The translations under genes and the position numbers were made by a program. A model generated the notes under the pieces. The model saw nothing but the letters and a program-made list of their open reading frames with translations, did not search any database and was not told where the DNA came from. A stretch of DNA of 59,918 nucleotides, filler included, from Sphacelaria rigidula (lineage: Eukaryota): NCBI GenBank assembly GCA_964200075.2. It is 6 parts of 6 records of this genome, joined end to end, with 100 filler letters (N's around TTAATTAATTAA, not from the genome) between each part and the next. Parts side by side here need not be neighbours in the genome. Positions count along the whole stretch, not along the records: positions 1 to 9,904 come from CAXNAA020007517.1; positions 10,005 to 19,908 come from CAXNAA020007518.1; 4 more parts are not named here. One strand, written 5' to 3'. Position 1 is the stretch's first letter; each line of letters starts with the position of its first letter. Below are positions 1-11,299 of this stretch, one piece after another.

Positions 1-117
1 CTATAACGCCCAAATCAGTCGCGTCGTGCGGCACGAACCCAGCTTTAACGGTAGTTATGATCATCGCCTCCGTGCACGTTTTTGGCCGGTTTGGGGGGGG
101 GCTATCTCGGCAGCAGT

Positions 118-477
118 CTTCACCCACACAATTCAAACGACTCTCAAGACCTGAGAGAGGACGGCTTCCCTGTCCCCCCGCCAGGTATGACTGAAGACCA
201 GTAGAGGTTTTACAACGGCATAAAACACTAATGGGGATACGGAAAGTTCCTTCTCCATGAAAATGCGTGTTTTCCAATCTGCAAAGCGTTTCACGCGCAT
301 TGTTTCCTAATACGAACGGGAACTTGTCGACTTCTGCTCCTTTCTCCACGGACTGGCTGATGCCAATGCCAAAAACGTTTGGTATTGCTGTTCGACGGTA
401 TCTTTGCGTGTTTAGGCGAACCCGAGGCGGCCACCTTCCCTTAGGTCTTGAGAGTCGTTTGAATTGTGTGGATGAAG
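118..477. repeat. Inverted repeat, about 48-bp arms (118-165 and 430-477)
   Basis: CTTCAyCCACACAATTCAAACGACTCTCAAGACCT is present on opposite strands. Confidence 0.85.
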
Positions 478-941
478 TTGAGAAAAATCAACCGTTTAGC
501 TTTCATACCCGTTGCAAACTTCGGTCAGGAGTGAACACGGTAGTAACGAAAGCTAGCTATGAATGGGTTTGCCTTGTACTACCGACAGCGTTGCGTTAAA
601 GCCCCAACACCTGTGCTGTCGGCGGTTGATGGCGTCGGTCTCGAATGCAACGACAAGTGCTTGATCATAGAACACTCTCGTCCCAGCTTGCAATGCATTG
701 TCTCCTCACATCGGAATAACTTTGGAAAGCTACTCGTAGTGTACCCAGGTGTTTACGCGACCAGCGTGTGCTCCAGATTGCAGCATGGACGGACTCCTAT
801 ATGTCACACTAGCAAAACAGTTAGGTCACCACCATACGTGTCTGTTTTCACTCCGCGTGTCAAAAAGGTCTCTACAAGTGTTTGTTCTCTCATACACCCA
901 CCTCAACTGGTGTGTGGCAAGCTGTCCTCGTCGGGCACCCG

Positions 942-1273
942 TGTCAGAGGATTTACTCGGAGCTCTTTTGTCGTGGTCGCTAGGGTTGGCGCAATGGCGG
1001 TTAAGCCAAGCAAGCAGACAGGCTGCTTCGGAGTGTAAACAGAAGATAGTGTCCAAGGTGCCGCTTTTGGGCTAGACAATACAAACAACCCACCGGGGTA
1101 CACGGTCAAAGAGGAGAGAACTTCATGTAGCACAGCTGCTATCCCGCATTGTACGCCCCCACATCAGACCAAACCTTCGTGACCGGTACCTGCGATTCCA
1201 ACACTACATATATAAGAAGTTAATACCATCTGAAGCGTTGAAGAGCATGGCTCCACAGCCTCATTTTTTAACA
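942..1273 (-). repeat. 3' LTR of the Copia element
   Basis: TGTCAGAGG...TTTTAACA, direct repeat of 7666-7997; adjacent C-run at 1274-1282 is the PPT on the minus strand. Confidence 0.95.
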
Positions 1274-2600
1274 CCCCCCCTCAACTCAAGTATAACTCTT
1301 AACCCTTCACACTTTCCCTTAATGCAAATACGTACTAGTTTCGAACACCCACATCAGTACAACCATCCCGGCACTCGAGGACGAAATAAGAACTCAAAGC
1401 TACAATCAGGCTGTACTCATATTTTAAATGTGCTGGTGAGCTTGACGAGATGGCGGTGCCTATGTTTGCTGAGGTGCCTGGTCCCTATGTCTGCGAGTTG
1501 GTCTTCGGTCTTGACGTAACGAATGTCGATCCTTCCCTGCTTGACTAATTATTGAATGAAGAAGTGCCGTAGAGCTCCGTGCTTGACTCTCGAGCTGTAA
1601 GTTCGGTTGCCTGAGACGTGGAGAGTTGAAGTGTTGTCGATGTAGACAGAAACGGAGTCGAAGCGTGTGCCGAATCCAATCTCCCGCATCATATTCGAGC
1701 AAAATATGCCTTCCTTCATGGTGAGTGCAGCAACCACGACTTCTGCTTCCATCGTCGATTGCGCGGTGAGTCCTTGTAGTCCTGCCTTAAACCTGATGGG
1801 GCCATTCGAGAGAAAGATAAGATATGCTGATGTGGATTTCCCGTTGTCTAGGTTGTTACCCCAGTTCGCATCTGAGAACGCCGTCAATTGGAAACCGCTG
1901 ATTGTAGGTTATGGCATGATCTGTAGTGCCGGCCAAATATCGAAGTAAGTGTTTCACAGCTGCCATATGCGCCTTCGACGGATTGGACATCGCCCGCGCC
2001 AGTTGATTCACGGCGTATCCAATGTCGTAGCGTGTCACGTGAGCGAGATACATCACACTGCCCGTAATGGCCTGGAAACGCGTTTTGTCCCCCTCGTTCA
2101 AATCTTTCTCCCTCGGCTGGTACAGTGACAGTTCTTGTCCCACACCAGGAGTGTCTGCTAGGTTGCAATTCGCCATCCCGTATCGTTCCAGGAGGGACTT
2201 GGTGTAACGTTTCTGGCTGATGGTGATTGTCATCCTAACGCGATCACGAACAACCTCCATTCCCAGCACTAACGATACATCTCCCATGTCCGTCATCGAG
2301 AAACGTCCCATCAGTGTATGCTTGATCCTTCCCAGCACTTTGACATCTTTCCCAAGCAGTAGGACGTCATCGACGTATAAAGTCAAAATGTACACGTCGC
2401 CGCTCTCTTGGTATATGTACACGCAAGGGTCCGACCTAAGGCTTTCGAATCCGATCTCCGCCAGGTGTGTATCGACCGTTCCTCACCAGCAGTTTGGACT
2501 CTGACGAAGGCGATAGAGACTTTTGTGGAGCCGCATTACCATCAGATTTCCATTGGCGTCAAACTCCTCGTATCCTGGCGCCATTTTGACGTGAACTTCC

Positions 2601-2849
2601 GAGTCATCCTACGATAGGGGGGGGGTATTTGGTTGCCCGAAAAACGAGGCTCATAAGTGTATCAGACATCCTTCCACACTTGCGTTGCGCTTGTTTTTGG
2701 TTCCAAACGGTGTCAGGTAGTATGGATGAGCGTCATTGATCCACAACAAGCTTGTTCGAACGACCGTTGCTGCTTTCAACGACGATCTGACTCGAAATTT
2801 CGAGCAACAAATGGCCCAAAATACCCCCCCCGCTATCGTAGGATGACTC
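2601..2849. mobile_element. MITE (GAG...CTC termini, Sola-like) inserted in Copia RT
   Basis: TIR GAGTCATCCTACGATAG-G8/9-TATTT is inverted at both ends; 4-bp flanks TTCC/TTCT; removing the element restores RT NAELKEE-VHVKM. Confidence 0.9.
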
Positions 2850-5800
2850 TTCTTCCTTGAGTTCGGCGTTCAGAAAGGCGATATTATAGTCCAATTACCA
2901 GCACTTCAAGTCATACTCCGCCGCTACAGCTAATACCATACGGATGCTTTGGATCCTGCAGACCGGTGCGGAAGTGCTGCCGCAGTCGACGCCAGGGACG
3001 TGTCCCCAACCCTGCACGACGCCTCGGGCCTTGTGCGAGAACTCCGTTCTCTTCTTGTACACCCATCGGGACCCGATTAACCTGTGTCCAGTTGGGACGG
3101 AGCTTGACGGCACTAGAGTATACACGTTGTTCCTTCTTAGGCTATCCATCTCCTTATCTGATGCCGCCTTCCATTGCTCCTTTTCGGGGAGACTCATGGC
3201 CTCATTGAACGTGTTTGGGATTCTTTCGGGTTTCTCCCCCACTGGACAGCTTGAGAGGTTGGTAGTTGTGTAGGCATACTCCACGACTGATTCCGCCCTA
3301 AGCGTCTGGTGCACGACATCTGGTAGGAGCGCGTTGGTGTGTATTTGCAGTCGCCGTAGCTCGGAGAGCATTTTGTTGTCCACAGTGGCTGAAAGGTGCC
3401 CAGAAGCTTCGCCGTCGTTGTTGGTGTTGCGTTCCCTGAAGGAGCGCGCTGCAATGCCTGCGCGCGTCACGGCGGGAGTACTTGATGGCGAGAGTGTCGA
3501 GAGCGGTTGAGCAGTGGTTATTTGGCTGATGATGTGGATTGGCTAACTTCGTCCCGCGAACGGGGTGCAGTTTGTTCCAGCGGCGCACGGCTCTCCGGTG
3601 ATGCTGTTGGCGACGTCTCTCCACGAGGTGTCTCATCGTCGTGCAGCATGTCCCGCTTGGTGATGGCGCTGATTCTCTCCAGAAGCTCGGCCACCTGTGG
3701 ATCGTTAGAGATCCCGCTGGCAGTGATATGATCAACGGAGGCGTGAGCCGGTTGAGCTAGTACGGAGGTGTGATCGCGAAGATCACGGAAGAAGTCGTCG
3801 TCGGTGACGTAATTGTGGCCCTCTTTGTTGCTGGAGTCCTGATAACTAAGTGAAAATGGGTGTATCCGAAGTTGTGGCTCTCCCGTCGGGGTAAGGTGTG
3901 TCGGAGTCTCGATGAAGACAACGTTCCTGCTCTCAATGATACGCCGCGTGGCCGGGTTGTAGTCTCGGTAGGTCTTACTGTCATTACTGTACCCAACTAG
4001 TCGTCCTTCAGCTGCTTCGAGAGCAAGTTTCGAAGTATGCCGCTCGATATGTACGAAAACCCTGGCTCCGACGACTTGAAGATGTTTGAGATCCGATTCT
4101 GTCTCCTTCAGCATCTTATGACGCGACTGCATGTCAAGCGCCGAATGCGGTGATCTGTTTGCAAGTTAGGCCGCTGTGAACATCAATTCCCCCGGGAGAA
4201 AAGTCGGCAGACCACTGTCAGCAAGTATGCACCGGACCATGGCTACAAACGTCCTTCCTACGCGTTCTGACAGGCCGATTTGTTGTGGCAGTACGACCTA
4301 AACTCGTTGCCAATGAACTCACCGCTTTTGTCTGCCCTTAGTCTTTTGACCCGAACACCGCCACGAATGTCCATTGACTGTATGTAGGACTGAAATGCAT
4401 GAAGAGTGTCGTCCTTCGTTTTTTGGAGGTAAATCTCTGTCCATCTGGTATACTCATCAGAGATCTTGCAGACGTACTTCAAGCCTGCCAGCGCCTCCGG
4501 CATGATCGGTCCCATCAAATCTGTGATGACTAGTTGAAAAGCGAGTTGCACGTTGTTGGCTGTCTTCGGATGGACCAGTTGGTGACTTTTCCCAACAGCA
4601 CAAATATCACAGCCCGGAACGGCTCCACCGAAATCCACCCCGTTGCTTCCGACGTTTTAGAGAAGCTTCAAACTATTGCTGTTCAAGTGTCCCATCCTCC
4701 GATGCCACAGCGTGGCGGCGTCTGCAGCTTGCATAGCCAGTCCAGATGCGTCGTTGCCGCTGCTTAGTTCCAGAGAGAAGAAATACAGGTCGCTCTCCAG
4801 TTCCTGGAGCGGAATGGTGAATTCGTTTGTCTCGAGTCTTGGGTTGTTCGTTTCGAAAATAGATACAACACAATTCCGTGTCGCTTGTTTGACGGAGAAC
4901 AAGTTCCGCCCCAAGCCAGGCGCGACCAAAAACGAAAGCCGAACCAGGCGTTTGACCCCTTCGCCGTCTCGGATGTGTCCGCGGAGCAGTCCTTCACAAT
5001 CCCTGCCAGTTTGTGCCTCCCTGCGGTGGTGATCGTACGCGGGTTCGCCAGTTTCTGGTAGTTGTGGAGCTTATACCGTAGCCCCGGGATGAGGGTATCG
5101 TCGAAGTAATGTCCCGACGCACCACTGTTTACCATGGCACTGACACGGCTATTGCTACCCTTAGTCCACTTATCGAGAGCGGGTCCGGCCGCGAGAGCCA
5201 TCCCATGATCATCGCTGATTCCACCAAACGTTTCAGCGGTGTCGTCAAGGTTCGACGTGGCCCGGGGGTATAATGAGTTCCCGAACATTAACCAGGCATA
5301 GTGGACTACGGCTATTATGGCTAGCGCGCGCACTAGTGGGGAAATTGTATCCCTGATTCCCCGCAGTAGGTTGCGAGCTCTGCGCCAGAACACCGAACCC
5401 CCGACCTCCTCTCCGTCGGCCCCTTCGAAGGCGCCGAAGAGGCCGCTGCTGTCAAAAGAAGCAACGAGTTTGTTCGTTGGAGCGAAAGGCCAAAGGTTGT
5501 CCGCTTGGGGATGGTTCGCTTTGGGCGCTTCTAGGGCATTAAAGGAGATGGCGGGAGGGTGCTCCCTTGCACCGGTGGCTGGTGGATACCTTGACCACTG
5601 TGCGAAATTGGCTGTCTGGTGGTTGCGCTGTTGCAAGGAACGGCACTCTTCTTCGCTGTGGGGTGTTGACCTGTTGAAAGAGCACCACTTGCCTACATTC
5701 CCATTATTTCCCCCGTCCTGACCGTCTCCCCCTGTCAGTGCTCGGGTCGCACTTCGGGCGGTGCAATTTCTCCTCACGTGACCTTGCTTTCCGCAGTGGT

Positions 5801-6528
5801 AGCATGTTACTTGATTTATTTCACCGCCATCATTCCGCCCACTAGCCTGCATAGCAACCCCGCGGCCTGCGACCGAGTTGATGGCATCCGATCGTGAAAG
5901 GTAGTCAGCATACATGATGCTGACGATGTATCTGAGGCCCGACTAATTAAAACGGCGCCTCTCGCAGCTAGCAATACGGACAGTATCGTACTCGGCAGGT
6001 AAGGCTCGAAGGATAATGTCCTCATATCGTTTGTCAGGTACAGACTGCCCCATTTCCTCCAGGCGATCACGGTAGCCATCCATGATAAACAATAGATCTG
6101 CCGGATCATCCCCCGACTGCATCGTCGTATTGTGGAGTATATCATGGAATTCCCAGCGCGCCTCTTTTGTGTTGCCGTCATATTTTTCTTGCAGCGCTGC
6201 CCACGCTGCTTGGCCATTACCGATCCCGTCCTCCTGGGTTTTCCCCATGAAACGTCTCACGGTATTGTTCGCTGATTTTTTGGTGGTGAAAAATAAGATG
6301 CTGAACAGTTTATTGTTTGCGCGATTCCCAGCCAATGAAGGTGCCGTATCACGGGTTGACGGTTCATCACCAATTACGGTGCGTGCGGGTCTCGCCCCTG
6401 CAGAATTTCTGCGGCCGCATTGTCGTGGAGGGAGGGGATCACCCGTAGTTTGGCTTGGTACTCTCGGAAACTAGCCTTGTCTCTGTCATCAAATTTTGTA
6501 CACAACTTGAGTACCGCACGAATACTCT

Positions 6529-6877
6529 GTGGTACCGGTCGCCCCGGTGGCTCAGTTGGTAACCTCGTAACCTTCTGATGATTGAGTAGGGGTGTCCGAT
6601 TCCCGGAACGATCTGGAATCTTTTCTCACACCAGGCCCAACAGTGGAGAGCGACTATGTCGTGGGTTCACAAAATTCGACTTAACGGTCGACGAGGGAAA
6701 GGGAATGCTAAACCCCTCTCGCGATAAAAATAAAGGCAAGCACCGCAGAAAGGAAGGTGGGGTATTAAAAACAGAAAAGGAAAAGCTCCTGCGTTGACCT
6801 TCCTCCTGTGTGATCCCGACTGATGCGTCCACATATACCGAAAGGTGTAGACTGGTGCCCAGAATACATGGGACGAC
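6529..6877 (+). mobile_element. tRNA-derived SINE inserted in Copia gag
   Basis: A-box TGGCTCAGTTGG and degenerate B-box; AATACTCT/AACACTCT target duplication (6521-6528, 6878-6885); homologous copies at 10081-10183, 30013-30080 and 45281-45650. Confidence 0.88.
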
Positions 6878-7665
6878 AACACTCTCATTGTTCGCCATGA
6901 TAATCCTCCTCGTCGCTTTGTTCCAACGTAATGAGTATAGTATGACGTGTCGATACCACCACACATTCGGCCTTGATCACCGCCGCTTGATTACCGCCGC
7001 TTGACTCGTCGCGGGAGGTTGCGAAAAAAGAAGAATGCAGATGGATCGAACCCAGATATATCCCCCACCACGTTATCGGCCACCCACAACGCCGCTTGAC
7101 TTGTGCAGGTTGACATGTGCAGATACGAGTCAGTGTACAAGATGTCACAAACACTGCGCACGGTTGTGCACTCCTGGAGTAGGCGCGGAGAAATTTTCTT
7201 TCCGAAAAAAGGATCCGACTACTGACTGTTACTGTTTCCGCAGGTCAGCCGTGGTGCTGCGCACGCCATTGTCGTCTCCTTAAAGAATAGATTACACGCC
7301 CTACTCGGTTCAGGTTGTGGTGCCCTGCTGTAGCGCCAGTCCAGAGTAGATACGTGTCGTCACAGTTGCAGAGCTACTCTTGTTCACCTGCGGTTGTCCC
7401 GCTTTTTCAAAAATTATAACTTCGTACCGCAGCAATATCTATCTTCGTGCCGCGATGATGCAGATGCGCACGAAGTAAGTGCCGTCCTCAATCGTAACGC
7501 AACGCAATGTTGTAGTGCAAGACACACACAGTGCCGTCTTACTTTGACTCAACTCACGTTGTTTTCCAGCAAAGATCTGTCTTTTTGCTGCTGCTCTTCC
7601 TTCCTTCTTTCCAAGGTCCAACGTCCGCTCCGTCAGCACCAACACGAACCGAGGCTCAATAAACC

Positions 7666-7997
7666 TGTTAGAAGATTCACTCGGAGCTCTTTTGTCGTGG
7701 TCGCTAGAGTTGGCGCAATGGCGGTTATGCCAAGCAGGCAGACAGGCTGCTTCGGAGTGTAGGCAGAATATAGTGTTCAAGGTGCCGCTTTTGGGCTAGA
7801 CAATACACACAACCCATCGGGGTACAAGATCAAAGAGGAGAGAGCTTCATGTAGCACAGCTGCTATCCCATAGTGTACGCCCCCACATCAGACCAAACCT
7901 CCGTGACCGGTACCTGCGATTCCAACACTACATATATAAGAAGTCAATACCATACGAAGCGTTGAAGAGCATGGCTCCACAGCCTCATTTTCTAACA
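7666..7997 (-). repeat. 5' LTR of the Copia element
   Basis: TGTTAGAAG...TTCTAACA, direct repeat of 942-1273; PBS-like motif at 7651-7665. Confidence 0.95.
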
Positions 7998-7999
7998 GC

Positions 8000-8610
8000 C
8001 CAGAGGGTCTGATGTGGGTAAAATCAATGATTAGTACCACCCCCCAAGTTCAAATTGAATCTATGTGTTATGTCCGCACCACCGCCCTTGCTGGCATGTG
8101 TGTGACAGAGAACAGTAGTAGCGGTGACGGGAATATTGTCCTATTTTTTCTACGACGTGTTTTTCGGCACACAGAGGCGCGTCCTGTCCAAAAGAAGAGG
8201 TAAAGAAAAATCGATCTTCACATTCGTGAGCTCGGCAGGCATTTGTAAGAGGAGGCGGAATGTCTCCGCACCTCGATGTTCTAGCACATGGAAAATTGGG
8301 TACATGCTGGTAACATCGATGGTGCCAGTCTCTCGAGAGTTCGGTAATCGCGGAGCGATAACACACGAAGGACACTGGTGAAGAGCTTCCTCTCTGTCGT
8401 TGCTTCTCTCTCTGATGATATCGTTATTGACATGCATGTACACCGTATTCGTTAGGTGCACCTAGCCACAGCAGCTTAACTGCTACAGACATTTGGGGGG
8501 CAAGATTGCCTCGCTCGGTCGTAAGTGTATCGTGTGGTCCCTGCAAAAGAGAAACGCCACTTCAACCTCATTTTTTAGATGAACCTCATTTTCCAGGATC
8601 CACTGTTATT
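8000..8610 (-). pseudogene. Unidentified multicopy coding relic (Cys/His-rich), host of the Copia insertion
   Basis: 8440-8610 is the reverse complement of a diverged copy at 59660-59835, with conservative amino-acid changes (NEVEVAF[L/I]FCRDH..RP[S/N]EAI); probably continues left of 941. Confidence 0.5.
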
Positions 8611-8802
8611 TCTTGAACCGTCACAAGTTGTACCGCTCATCTTTTTTGCAACGACTTCATTCAAACGCGATGAATATGGACTGTATAATTTAGATTGACA
8701 ACACCCCCCCATGAATGAGATTTCGTTACCAAAGGAAAGTAGTGTACTCTACACTCTATGTGTAGTAGTAAGCGATGCAGTCAATCGAAATGAACAACAT
8801 AC

Positions 8803-9103
8803 AGCAACGTATTCGCGAGATTGAGAGTAGAGTGCAAATTTAGAGTGACCTTGATCACTCGCTTTAACTTAGTCAATTTATCATTCCGTCTGTGCTCTTA
8901 TTTGCCTCTATCATTGCCGTGTGCTCACAGCTACACGTCGACATCGTACTCAGTGATATCAAGCGCCTCAGTGACAAGCTACTGCAGGACAGTATCTCGG
9001 CCCTCGTTAAGGGGCATTTCGGAACTGAAACGGTTCATTCATTAGTTGACCGCTCTTCACTCTCAATCGTATCTTCTACTCTCAACCTCACGAACACATG
9101 GTT
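8803..9103. mobile_element. MITE of an unclassified AAC-terminal TIR family
   Basis: Imperfect TIR containing TTCGYGAGRTTGAGAGTAGA; flanks ATAC/AAAC; related termini at 17490-18000, 29865 and 59853. Confidence 0.7.
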
Positions 9104-9630
9104 AAACATAAACTGCTGTACCATCCCTCATTATACTGTAGTATTATTTTTCCAACAAACGTCAGTCCAAACTAGGTAGATCTGAAAATTGTTCATCCGC
9201 ATGCACATGTATGAATATGCGCTACTTGCATTGGCATCAAATTTCATGAGCCCTGTAGGAAGAACGAAGGATAACAATCTGCGACGGGATCATCTGGAAA
9301 GGGTCTGTGAACCGTATAATGACGAGTGGCATCAGATGCCTCATATACGGCACAGGGCTCACAGATAGGGGCAATAATTATGACTGGCACGATTTTTCGA
9401 CCAATCAGAGCCTCCCAATATACCAAAATGCCGTGACCTTTCTCCAATCAGATGAGAGAATCGAGTTGGAATTGAGTTATTCAATAGCTGGGATTGGCCC
9501 ACACATTGCGCCGCTGCCAGTCAGACAGCTGCTACCATCAATCACTTAGGATACAGCAGCTCCGTGCTGGCTCAGGAGGTTTGCCCCAACCTGCACGCGT
9601 CCGCCTTGCGTGTCGTATCCGATCACAGCA

Positions 9631-9867
9631 CCCGACTACAACTCAAGTACGAAAGAAGACGCAACAGACAGTTGCACAGTCGTCACGTAATCGTTTCAAC
9701 TTTGTGTACAGCGTACCTTGATCCCACCCCAATTCTGTACAGACCGACTACAGCATCCAACTACAACTCAAGTACCACAGAAGACGCAACGGACAGCTGC
9801 ACAGTCGTCACATAGTCGTTTCAACTTTGTATACAGCGCACCTTGATCCCACCCCAATTCTATGCAG
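9631..9867 (+). repeat. Tandem duplication, about 125-bp period, 2 copies
   Basis: ACTACAACTCAAGTAC...CCTTGATCCCACCCCAATTCT occurs twice. Confidence 0.9.
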
Positions 9868-9904
9868 GTGACGCACCCACGAGGCAGCGTATTAGCCGTG
9901 GCTG

Positions 9905-10004
9905 NNNNNNNNNNNNNNNNNNNNNNNNNNNNNNNNNNNNNNNNNNNNTTAATTAATTAANNNNNNNNNNNNNNNNNNNNNNNNNNNNNNNNNNNNNNNN
10001 NNNN
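9905..10004. other. Artificial contig spacer
   Basis: N44-TTAATTAATTAA-N44 (six-frame stop linker). Confidence 0.99.
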
Positions 10005-10080
10005 CCCCCCCCCCCCCCCTTCCCCTCTTCCCCCGCCCCCCTGCCGGTCCCCCCCCGCAAGAAGCCCACCCCGGGAGCTT

Positions 10081-10183
10081 TTTTTTTTTTTCTTTGTTTT
10101 AGTACCCCACCTTCCTTCTGCGGTGCTTGCCTTTAACTTTCATTGCGAGAGGGGTTCAGCAGTCCCTTTCCCTTGTCGACCGA
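10081..10183 (-). mobile_element. SINE fragment
   Basis: Reverse complement of the SINE body (GGTCGACrAGGGAAAGGG..AAGGCAAGCACCGCAGAAGGAAG). Confidence 0.85.
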
Positions 10184-11299
10184 TGGCGGCGGATATATTA
10201 TGACCGTGTCAGAAGAAACATGGACACCAACCGACGACACGATCAGGACATCAAATGCACAGAAAAATCAAGTAAATAAAAGACAAGCCTAAAACCGCCA
10301 GGAAGGCTTGGCTGTTGAGGTATTTACAGAACAGTGCAACAACAGTGGACCTAACATGGATGTCAATCAAGCAGCGAGATCTGTGCATTGGCGAAGTACA
10401 GCTCTGCGCTCTCGGCTGATGTACGCCTTTGCTTCTGTTCTTCCTGCAAAGGCCTGAAGTATTGTGCTCTGGCGCGAGAACATTTGAAAAATGTCTTGGC
10501 GTTTTATCGAACAGCGTTGGACTACCAGCTACTCTACGCTACTGTCTGTGCAGACGACACAAGACTGCAGGGTGAAGATCCATAGTGATATTGATTGCTA
10601 CCAGACGAGGATCCAAGAGTAGCAAAAAATCGTCCCGAACATTTAAAATACTTGATTACCGAAAAGCAACGAGACTCCACAGCATCAGCCTCGTAGCTTA
10701 GAGCTGCCACTCTGGAAGCCTCGTGCATCCCTCAAGCTAAGATCAGGCAGTGGTTGATGTGACACAACTCCTGTTTCGCAGAGCAGGGCTCTGTCGCAGG
10801 GTACGGTATATAGCACCCTCCATGCTGATGAGACTTCAAACAAGTTTTCGAAAAGCAAGACCCACAACTCTAACGAGAAGGATCCCGTTCATATCCAATA
10901 AGATAACCACGCAGTGTCTATTTCACAACCGCAGTTGCCGAGAATATTGAGACCAGAAAAGCGGTGGATGAGGGAAGTATGACTTTTGCTCTGTACTGAG
11001 CTGTACAGACAGTTGTACAACGGTCTGTACCATGTGTTCTTGTTGTACTGAACAAGCTGTGCACTGGGTACTAATACTAAGACTGACTGTCATCTGTTCC
11101 ACTGCAGAAGAACCTATTTTGTAGGAAGTTGGTCACAAAGCATCGAATAACATCTTGGGTGCGCGTTTGTATCGGTGTTGTTGTGATAAACGCATCCGCC
11201 TCGAGTGATACGTGCACACATAATACGGTATTGCTGGAGCGGCAAAGTGCCAGCTGCCAGAGAGGCCTGAAAGTATTGCTTTCGTAGGGAACACGACGA

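Larger units (their letters stand above)
1417..6898 (-). pseudogene. gag-pol: Copia gag-pol polyprotein, frameshifted and interrupted
   Basis: Gag start MANNES|IRAVLKLCTKFD (split by a SINE) and zinc knuckle CYHCGKQGHVRRNC. Protease MVNSGASGHYF (catalytic D replaced by N). Pre-integrase LWHRRMGHLN. Integrase CDICAVGK..DLMGP..DEYTRW..RLRADKSGEF. RT LYVDDVLL. RNase H AFSDANWG..YIDN..KH. Confidence 0.95.
942..7997 (-). mobile_element. Ty1/Copia LTR retrotransposon, full length but decayed (gag-PR-IN-RT-RH)
   Basis: Two 332-bp TG...CA LTRs (942-1273, 7666-7997), with about 23 substitutions by hand alignment. PPT GAGGGGGGG lies next to the 3' LTR and a PBS-like GGTTTATTGAGCC next to the 5' LTR. 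Copia domain order on the minus strand. Flanks ACCCG/GCCCA match 3/5 (degenerate TSD). Confidence 0.97.

Noticed and set aside
5317..5721. Plus-strand ORFs over the retroelements (e.g. 5317-5721, 35377-35937, 30867-31313)
   Set aside because: Antisense shadows of gag/pol frames
6535..6605. Possible tRNA gene (also 30013-30080 and 45283-45355)
   Set aside because: A/B boxes are present but the cloverleaf is poor; the two full copies continue into a shared 280-bp body and one has a TSD, so these are SINE heads
9949..9960. TTAATTAATTAA recurring every 10 kb as a periodic biological motif
   Set aside because: Always embedded in N44 runs; an assembly linker
10388..10585. SWIM-like CFCSSCKGLKYC motif
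   Set aside because: Spacing is imperfect and there is no adjacent MULE domain
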